Source: Promethearchaeota archaeon | GTDB lineage: Archaea > Asgardarchaeota > Lokiarchaeia > Sigyniarchaeales > SOKP01 | Direction: 5' to 3' | Length of the DNA: 17,216 bases | Assembly: GCA_019058015.1 (NCBI GenBank) | Contig: JAHLWH010000208.1 | Coordinates: 1-17,216, forward strand | In this document: positions 7,977-15,171 of the stretch, piece after piece | Layout of the letters: every line of letters starts with the position of its first letter | How positions within the stretch are numbered: the first letter of the stretch is position 1 | Translations under genes and position numbers: made by a program | Notes under the pieces: generated by a model | Database searches by the model: none | The model's input: the letters and a program-made list of their open reading frames with translations, nothing else | Told to the model about the DNA's origin: nothing

Positions 7977-10900
7977 TTATTTCTCATTTTTTTCGGATTC
8001 TTCAGGTGATATTTCAGATAAAGTATCAATTAATTCATCTTTTGATAGTTTTAGTTTAAGTTGTTTTTCTGGTTGTTCATATTTCATATTCTCTTTAAAG
8101 AATTTAGCAATTGGACCTAACTCTTCTTTGTAGAGGGTTGTTAATGCATCTTTTCTCGAAAGAATTTCAACATCCAGAACTTTCTTCTTCTTTAAAGTTT
8201 TCTTGAATTTATGAGTTTTTCTAACAGGTTTTGGATATTTTAATACTCTTTGATATGCAATAAAATAACCACCCACACCAACAGCGACTGCGATACTAAT
8301 TATTGTTAATATTTGAAAAAGTAAGGTTGCTTCTTCGGGTTGAATTACATTTAAAGTTATTTCAAAACTTTTAAACTCATAATCATCTCCTGCATAAACC
8401 GAGATAGTTATTGTATAAGTCCCTTCAGGAACATTTGTTATAGTTGCTTCATATTTCCCGTCTTTGTCTGAAGCTAGTAGTTCACCTTGTCCAAATATCC
8501 ATGCATATGTAACAGTTGCATTTTTAATAGTTTGGTTAAAATCTAAATCGTATAAAATCACGTCTATTGTAACACTTTCTCCAGGTCTGGCATTTATCGT
8601 AGTCATCCCTGATTCTGTTGCAACATTTATGCTAATTTTTTTAACATTAATCCGTAAAACAAAGGAATTTGATTGATAATTTGCCTTCTGTGAATAAATT
8701 GTTAAAAATTTAATCCCAATTCCTAATTGATCTGTATTAATAATAATTGAATATTGTTCTAATGTTGAGTTTTCCGTTAAACTTTCAGTAAGTCCTTCCC
8801 CAATTAATTGTACTAGTGCAGTATCAACGTGAGTTGCGCTTATTAAATCTCTGTATTTTATTGTAATATTTAAAGTAGCACCTTTTGGAAGATCAATGGA
8901 TTTTTCAAGAGTTTTATTTTCTCCATCCAAAAGTAGTTCTACATATGTTGATCTATCTTCAATAAAGATGTTAATAAGTGTTGTAGCATCGGAATAATTC
9001 GTTTTATTGGCGGTTACATAAATCTGATATGTTCCTGCAGCGTTAAAAAGTGAAGTATTGAAAATGATATTATATGTTCCTAATGAAGGTTCATAATAAA
9101 AAAAATCATTGGAATCCCAATATTGAGCTCCAAGTTCAGAACTGATTGTAATATCTGCACTAGAAATCAATCTTTCATTATCTATATCCCCATATTTACA
9201 TTGAATTGAAACATTTGAATTAAAATCTACAGGATCTGGCTGAATGTAGGAGATATTAGTGTAAATTTTGCGTATATTTAATGCAATATAAATTTCTTGA
9301 TCCTCATAACCATCCAATGATGCATTTATTTTCAAGGGATATGTTCCAAATGTTTTAATTGATGTATTTATTATTACTTTATAATGACCTGAACCCAAAT
9401 CTTGAATCCAATAATAATTTAAATCCCAATCACAATCAATAGTTGCGCCTGGAATCCCATGATTACCAGAACCATTGTAAGAAACATCTATTGATGCATT
9501 TTTGCCCCAAGGAATGCTTAATCCACCTATCTGAGGTGATGTAAGGTTAGTTCTCTCTGTTATTTCAAGTTTAATTAGCTTTTCTTCGTATCTTGATATA
9601 TAATATGTTTTATTTGCGGATACTGAGATATTATATAATCCAGATTGCCAGTTTGTAGTATCAATTTCATCAACGTAAATCCCACCACCAAAATATACCA
9701 TATCTCCCGTGATTGCCGTCTCGTTATCAATTGTATAATTTATATTTGCGCCAAGAATTCCCTCTCCAGTATCACTATCGGTATAATTTACTTTAATAAG
9801 TACGGTATCCCCAGAATAAATTGGACTAACTTTCTCTTTTTGATCACTAGCTCGAGTTAATGTAGTATTATGGGTTACATCAAAATTCAGTACAAATAAA
9901 CCGATTTGAGATGATTCATTATTCTTCCAGCGAATATTTACTGTGTATTCACCAGCAGTTGCGTTTTGTGCTCCAAAAGTAAAGTTGGAAAACTCTATAT
10001 TTCCTGAAGAACTTACTGGCACTTCTTGAGTTGCTTGAGACCAGATGGTACCATTTGGATAATAGATTAACAATGTGGCGTTTGTTAGAGAGATATATGG
10101 ATTTAATGTATTATTAATTGTAGCATTAATTTTAATTAAATCAAGGATTTCAAAACTTGTATTTTTCTCCCAATTAATAGTTTCCCATTTCCATATTGAA
10201 GCATTTAACACATAATTTGGAGATTCTGCAATGATTTTCCATCTCCCATTAACCGTAATATTATTAGGAATTATTAAGGTAGTATTACCGATACCCGAAG
10301 TCTCTGATACATTAAGAATTTTATCGGAGCCATATGGATCAATTAAATGAGTAACGTTCCAATTCCAGGGTTTTGATACGTTAAAATAATAATCAGTTTG
10401 ATATGTTCCAGGAATAGATACGGGAAAATACATTGTCCAGATGGTTGAGGTGCCATTTTCTACATAAAATTCACTCCCAGGATTCCCAACTTCTGTGGTT
10501 GTGTTGCTTAATGATGTGGCATTTACAAAAAAATCTGAATAAATTATTACGTTACCTGTTGAATTTGAAGAGAACGAAAATTCATGATCAGCTCCACCTT
10601 CAGCTCCATCCCAGCTACCCCCTAGAGTTGTTGTGCCTAATCCATGCTGTCTTCCTATATCTGAAATTGGACGATCTTTTTCTCCACTAGGAGCCTTATC
10701 TGTTATGTTAAGTTTAATCTGAGATGGTCTTGGAATGGTTGATATTTCTAAAGTAATGTTATCATAATAAACTTCTAAATACCCCATTGGGTCATAGTCT
10801 TTAGCAGCATAGTCAATACCAAAAAGTATGCTAATATTACCTGGAGGATCAAAATCATACATTTCTGGAGTGAAAGGATCAATACTCGCATCTTTCCAAG

Positions 10901-11657
10901 TGTTGTTAGGATAATTTGTACTAGATATTTTAGCCAAATAAAATCGATTACTTACCGATTGTGTTGCTGACGTACTTATGTTAATTTCACAGTAAATTTT
11001 TGATCCTGGTGGAGGTACCCACCATCCGTCTGCTTCATAGGAAATATTTGATACAAACTTTACTTTAAATTTTATAATCCAATCGTTATATTTTATTTCG
11101 TCTCTATCTAGTTCAAAAGAATAATTTAAATAAGAATTCGTGTCATTCCAATATGTCCTATTATCAAATCTCATATATATCGAAGATTTTGGTCCTGAAG
11201 CGTCATACCATCCAGCTGAAAAATAATTTGTATCTCCAGTAGTAGAATTAGACCAATAATTAGGATCAATAGGATTATCAAAGGTCTCATTCATCCACAT
11301 CTTATCATATTCATATATATTTGTTACATTAATCAAAATTTTACTAGCATTCCAATTATTTGGAACCTTTATTGATGCATTTTCAGACTTTGATAAGTTA
11401 ATATTATTATTCTGAAAGACCCCTTGGCCATACTCTGTCACATTTTGGTGTGTTCCAATTCCAGAATACTCATCTGAGAAACTTTGAGTTTTTAAACCTT
11501 TATTCTGAAGTTCATTTGTCGTTTCATCATTAGGATTATCAAGAAATGTATTCTTATTTATGTTAAAACTAAGTGTAATGAAATTCAGAGAGAATATTAA
11601 AATCAAACTGATGAGAAATAATATTTTTTTATATTTAGATGTTTTAATTCTTTTCAA
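7977..11657 (-). CDS. Large membrane-anchored surface glycoprotein (1226 aa): signal segment, beta-rich Ig-like ectodomain, C-terminal TM, 91-aa basic cytoplasmic tail
   Basis: TTG start at the position equivalent to the paralog's. N-terminal hydrophobic segment, very many N-x-S/T sequons, and repeated G.Y.I.INT....G.Y.I.V.A.K..Y units. TM LLFQILTIISIAVAVGVGGYFIAY is followed by QRVLKYPKPVRKTHKFKKTLKKKK. Confidence 0.93.
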   Translation of the reverse strand: MKRIKTSKYKKILFLISLILIFSLNFITLSFNINKNTFLDNPNDETTNELQNKGLKTQSFSDEYSGIGTHQNVTEYGQGVFQNNNINLSKSENASIKVPNNWNASKILINVTNIYEYDKMWMNETFDNPIDPNYWSNSTTGDTNYFSAGWYDASGPKSSIYMRFDNRTYWNDTNSYLNYSFELDRDEIKYNDWIIKFKVKFVSNISYEADGWWVPPPGSKIYCEINISTSATQSVSNRFYLAKISSTNYPNNTWKDASIDPFTPEMYDFDPPGNISILFGIDYAAKDYDPMGYLEVYYDNITLEISTIPRPSQIKLNITDKAPSGEKDRPISDIGRQHGLGTTTLGGSWDGAEGGADHEFSFSSNSTGNVIIYSDFFVNATSLSNTTTEVGNPGSEFYVENGTSTIWTMYFPVSIPGTYQTDYYFNVSKPWNWNVTHLIDPYGSDKILNVSETSGIGNTTLIIPNNITVNGRWKIIAESPNYVLNASIWKWETINWEKNTSFEILDLIKINATINNTLNPYISLTNATLLIYYPNGTIWSQATQEVPVSSSGNIEFSNFTFGAQNATAGEYTVNIRWKNNESSQIGLFVLNFDVTHNTTLTRASDQKEKVSPIYSGDTVLIKVNYTDSDTGEGILGANINYTIDNETAITGDMVYFGGGIYVDEIDTTNWQSGLYNISVSANKTYYISRYEEKLIKLEITERTNLTSPQIGGLSIPWGKNASIDVSYNGSGNHGIPGATIDCDWDLNYYWIQDLGSGHYKVIINTSIKTFGTYPLKINASLDGYEDQEIYIALNIRKIYTNISYIQPDPVDFNSNVSIQCKYGDIDNERLISSADITISSELGAQYWDSNDFFYYEPSLGTYNIIFNTSLFNAAGTYQIYVTANKTNYSDATTLINIFIEDRSTYVELLLDGENKTLEKSIDLPKGATLNITIKYRDLISATHVDTALVQLIGEGLTESLTENSTLEQYSIIINTDQLGIGIKFLTIYSQKANYQSNSFVLRINVKKISINVATESGMTTINARPGESVTIDVILYDLDFNQTIKNATVTYAWIFGQGELLASDKDGKYEATITNVPEGTYTITISVYAGDDYEFKSFEITLNVIQPEEATLLFQILTIISIAVAVGVGGYFIAYQRVLKYPKPVRKTHKFKKTLKKKKVLDVEILSRKDALTTLYKEELGPIAKFFKENMKYEQPEKQLKLKLSKDELIDTLSEISPEESEKNEK

Positions 11658-11826
11658 AATAAATAACCCTATTATTTTCCTATTGTTTTACATTTCAAAT
11701 TAAATGAATGAATACTATAATATAGATGAAATTTTATATATTTAATAACTGACTTAGAATATCAATAATAAAATTTAATGAAGAAATAAAGTTAATTTGT
11801 TATTATACGTTTGGGAGATGTTTCAA
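11658..11826. promoter_or_regulatory. Putative bidirectional archaeal promoter region, cassette 2
   Basis: 169-bp spacer with central GAAATTTTATATATTT (BRE/TATA-like, ~11728-11743). Collinear similarity to 3924-4086. GGGAG precedes ATG 11827. Confidence 0.6.
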
Positions 11827-13074
11827 ATGATTCAAGGTATTTTAGTTTTTAAATTTATTTTAAATCAAAATGAATCAGGTGAGTTTGTACCGACATTCAG
11901 ACCGTTAAAATTAATTATTAATAATGAAAAATTCACTGAAATGAATTATTCGGAATTAATTGTTCAAAATGATATTTTTGGAATATTTTATCAACATACA
12001 ACGGGAATAGTTGCAGATAAAGGTATTTTTAGTAATTTTTACACAGGAAGGTTAAAAGAAACACCTTATCAAATCGTGTCATATTTTAGACAAGAAACCG
12101 ACGGTTCTCAATATTTAACAATTTCTATTTTTGAATTGGATGATGATATCGAAATTTTCATGGATCAAATTAAAGAGATGACTGAAAGATTAAATCTAAT
12201 TTTCAAAAAATTAATTGAAATAAATGAATTAAAGCAAATCTCTCTTTTTGATCAAATTATTTCTAAATTTGAGAGTGAATTAAATTTTACCATCTTTAAA
12301 ATTGATCGTTTATCGCGATTAGATAAATTACAGAAAGCAGCCCTAATCTTTCATAGTGATGAGAGATTAAAAATATTAGAATTATTACGAGAAGGTCCGA
12401 TATCAAAAAAAGAGTTGAAAAACATATTGGAAAAAATAAAAGAAAATCCAAATGTGGATGTATTAATTAATCCTTTCTTAGAATTAAATTTAGTAAGACG
12501 CGATTGGATTAAAGGAGAAAGGGATAAAAGAACCGGTATAATTAAAAATCAGGGAGAATTTTTATTTTTAACAAAAGATATATTTTTATCTCGAGTTCCA
12601 AATTTAAATTTATTAAACCATCTAAAAGATACCAATCATGAGATATATCCTAAATATGAACAAAAGGTAATCGATTTTTTTTCTAAATATGATCCTAATA
12701 CACAAACTGTTGAAGAAACGAAAAAGTTAGCATCGATTCTTTTAAACCAAGATATATATAATTTTTTCGTTTTGATGAGAAGTAAATTTTATCCCTTAGA
12801 TAAACTTCCAAAAATATTTTCAGTTTTTGCCAAACCTGAAATAATATTAGGTGATTTAAAAAAGTTGAATATAATGACAGAGATAAAAGATAAAAAAGAA
12901 AGGAGTTGGATGCTTTTATTAACCGATATCAAACCACTAATATTTTTTCCAGAATATTTACTTCCTAAAATTTTGGAAGCTTATAAAAATAAAGATGAAA
13001 GAATAACATATGAAATTGCTAAGAAAGCCCTCGAATTATTAGAAGTTGCTTATCCAGAGAAAGTTGAATTTTAA
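11827..13074 (+). CDS. Conserved hypothetical cytoplasmic protein (415 aa), paralog of 4087..5340
   Basis: Start revised from TTG 11797 to ATG 11827 because it aligns with MIQGIL of the paralog and has GGGAG upstream. Full-length alignment with a single 2-aa gap. Confidence 0.92.
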   Translation: MIQGILVFKFILNQNESGEFVPTFRPLKLIINNEKFTEMNYSELIVQNDIFGIFYQHTTGIVADKGIFSNFYTGRLKETPYQIVSYFRQETDGSQYLTISIFELDDDIEIFMDQIKEMTERLNLIFKKLIEINELKQISLFDQIISKFESELNFTIFKIDRLSRLDKLQKAALIFHSDERLKILELLREGPISKKELKNILEKIKENPNVDVLINPFLELNLVRRDWIKGERDKRTGIIKNQGEFLFLTKDIFLSRVPNLNLLNHLKDTNHEIYPKYEQKVIDFFSKYDPNTQTVEETKKLASILLNQDIYNFFVLMRSKFYPLDKLPKIFSVFAKPEIILGDLKKLNIMTEIKDKKERSWMLLLTDIKPLIFFPEYLLPKILEAYKNKDERITYEIAKKALELLEVAYPEKVEF

Positions 13075-13209
13075 AAATTTTATTTATTTCCAATTTTTTA
13101 TTTTGTCTGGTGATTTTTTAGATATTTTTTTAGTTAATTTATCAAAAAATTTTTGAATTACTACTATTGGCTTTGTAATTTTACTTTTTAATAACCTAGA
13201 AATTTGTAA
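13075..13209. terminator. Convergent intergenic region with several oligo-T tracts (plus strand) and an A-tract (minus strand)
   Basis: T6-T7 runs follow the stop at 13074. TCAAAAAATTTTTGA at ~13142-13156 could serve both strands. Confidence 0.4.
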
Positions 13210-14847
13210 TTAATAATTAAAAAGAAGATTTTTAATAGTATTCAGCATGACTTCAAGTTGGTTGTAAATTTCCAAGCGATGTTCTTCTCCAATTTTAAAG
13301 AACAAGAGTGAAATCATTTTTTCTTCCGCTTTCTCGCTAATATCAAATTCTTCCATCAATTGTGACCATTCATTCTCTTCAGAAACCCTAATTCCAATTA
13401 AAATAACTCTGTTTTTTTTGATTTTTTCAATGATTTTAATTACTGTATCATTCCATTTTGGATCGATATGTTCTTTCTCTCTCGCATCAAATATACAAAA
13501 GACACCATTAGAATTAGAAATTTTAAATGATTCACAGTCAAAATTCTTTAAAACTAACCCATTTGAATATTTAAATATTTTTTCGTTGTTTTTATCTCTT
13601 ACTTTTAAATATTCTCCTAATTCTCCTATTTCCGCTAGAATCTGTAAGCAAGGGCTCCATAATGGATCTTCAGTAATAAATGATAGAGTTAAGGAACTAT
13701 GATCCTTTAAAATTGAATTAATTTCACTTAATATCGCATTTTTTAATCTTTTCTCTTCTATATCTTTACTCTTTAACATAAAATGATAAGAAAGTAACCT
13801 AAAAGCATATTCAACATTATCTCCAGTTAATGCGCTCGTTTCAATATATGATATCTTAGTTTTTATATCTTCAGATAAATCAGATAAATCAGAAAACTCA
13901 GATAAATTAGATGAATCAGATAATCTTGATAAATCTGATAAATCACTTACTAATTTCACACCATCTTGATAACTAATTACTCTTTGTTCAATCAAATCAT
14001 TTTTATTTCCTATTATTATAATAGGTAAATCTTTATTCTCAATGAATTCTTTAAGCTCATTGTGCCAATTTTTTACATTTTCAAATGTTTCTTGAGACGT
14101 TAGGTCAAAAACGATGAATGCGGCTTGGGCACCATTATAATAAGTTTTTCGATATCTTTTAAAATATTGTTGTGCACCTATATCCCAAAGCCACAAGTTA
14201 ATCTTATTTCCAAAAGCTTCAAAATCATGTGACATAATATTAAGGCCTATGGTGGTACGATAATCTGCTAAAAATTTATTTTCTACAAACCTTCGCATTA
14301 TTGAAGTCTTCCCAACTTCGTGATCTCCAATTATTATAAATTTAAAACGATACATCCCACCGAGATCTAATTTACTCTGATAAATTTGGTTTTTTAATCT
14401 GTCAGAACTTTTAGAAAGTTCCGCTTCATATTCAAAATTGGGAATGGATAATGGTATTAAATCATCCTCAACAGCAGTAAGAATTTGTGCAATCTTTTCA
14501 GCTAGAAAATATGCATAAGGCGCTAATTTATCAACAGAACCCATTTGTTCCAAAACAAAACTTAACGTTGTTATTTCATCCACAGAAACAAATAGTAATC
14601 GATTATCATCCGTATCGAAACTTGCTGTTCCAAACTTTTTAAAAGTGAATTCATTACGAATCCGTTCTAAGACTGGATTAACAACAGCGGTTAAAAAAGA
14701 GACTATTTCCATATCAATATCTTTTCTTTTTTCCCCAGCAATAATTAATCCTTCTTCATCAGAGACTATTATGGCTTCTAATTCTTTATTAATTTCCAAA
14801 AAATTATTCAACAATTCAGTAAAGAGCAGAGCTTTATTTATTGGCAA
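13210..14847 (-). CDS. Roadblock/LC7 domain - Rab-like small GTPase - degenerate second G-domain fusion (545 aa)
   Basis: The N-terminal ~125 aa have a Roadblock pattern (LEAIIVSDEEGLIIA). G1 GDHEVGKT (14305-14328), G2 YRTTIG, G3 WDIGAQ (14170-14187), G4 NKND, G5 ETSALTG. YYNGAQAAFIVFD is Rab-like. No C-terminal cysteine prenylation motif. Confidence 0.93.
   Translation of the reverse strand: MPINKALLFTELLNNFLEINKELEAIIVSDEEGLIIAGEKRKDIDMEIVSFLTAVVNPVLERIRNEFTFKKFGTASFDTDDNRLLFVSVDEITTLSFVLEQMGSVDKLAPYAYFLAEKIAQILTAVEDDLIPLSIPNFEYEAELSKSSDRLKNQIYQSKLDLGGMYRFKFIIIGDHEVGKTSIMRRFVENKFLADYRTTIGLNIMSHDFEAFGNKINLWLWDIGAQQYFKRYRKTYYNGAQAAFIVFDLTSQETFENVKNWHNELKEFIENKDLPIIIIGNKNDLIEQRVISYQDGVKLVSDLSDLSRLSDSSNLSEFSDLSDLSEDIKTKISYIETSALTGDNVEYAFRLLSYHFMLKSKDIEEKRLKNAILSEINSILKDHSSLTLSFITEDPLWSPCLQILAEIGELGEYLKVRDKNNEKIFKYSNGLVLKNFDCESFKISNSNGVFCIFDAREKEHIDPKWNDTVIKIIEKIKKNRVILIGIRVSEENEWSQLMEEFDISEKAEEKMISLLFFKIGEEHRLEIYNQLEVMLNTIKNLLFNY
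13871..13951. repeat. Degenerate 9-nt tandem repeat (TCAGATAAA consensus, 8-9 copies) encoding (S-D-L)n inside the GTPase
   Basis: tcagataaa tcagataaa tcagaaaac tcagataaa ttagatgaa tcagataat cttgataaa tctgataaa tcacttact; protein SDLSDLSRLSDSSNLSEFSDLSDLSE. Confidence 0.9.
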
Positions 14848-15171
14848 AAATATTCCCTCAAAAATCTAAATTAATTAGTATTGATAAAAAAACTATTTAG
14901 ATTATTATGATTAATATAATTGAATTCCTTAATGTTACTATAATATTTTATAAATTTAATTTTGATGTTAACAGAGTAATTTTTTTAATTATTTTTTATT
15001 TTCAAATATTTTGAGACATTTAATTTTAGTGATATTAGGATAAAATGCATATATAATTTAATTAAAAAAAATATAAGAAAAAGTTAAGAAGGCTGTTTAT
15101 TTATAAGATCTTGCTTATCTAGAAAAATTGTAGTTTGATAAAATAAAGCATAAAAATGTGGATTATAAGAA
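14848..15171. promoter_or_regulatory. Divergent promoter region between the GTPase and TrmB-like genes
   Basis: 324-bp extremely AT-rich spacer between head-to-head starts. Several TATA-like elements (e.g. TTTATAAA ~14947, ATATATAA ~15049, TTTATAA ~15100); the functional ones cannot be picked out. GAGGGA SD-like sequence lies upstream of TTG 14847. Confidence 0.45.

Noticed and set aside
7918-10690. Plus-strand ORFs 7918..8133, 8464..8676, 9645..9860, 10433..10690
   Set aside because: Antisense to the 1226-aa gene, with no recognisable motifs.
7977-11657. Calling the 1226-aa protein the S-layer protein or a specific adhesin/enzyme
   Set aside because: No diagnostic family motif, PGF-CTERM or catalytic signature is recognisable. 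Only the general surface-glycoprotein architecture is supported.
11797-11826. TTG start giving a 425-aa product
   Set aside because: Paralog alignment and the SD-like GGGAG favour ATG 11827.
13418-14869. Plus-strand ORFs 13418..13702 and 14645..14869
   Set aside because: Antisense shadows of the GTPase gene.
15000-15120. Short inverted repeats TCAAA-TAT-TTTGA and ATAAG-N6-CTTAT as operator sites
   Set aside because: 5-bp arms are expected by chance in such AT-rich DNA.
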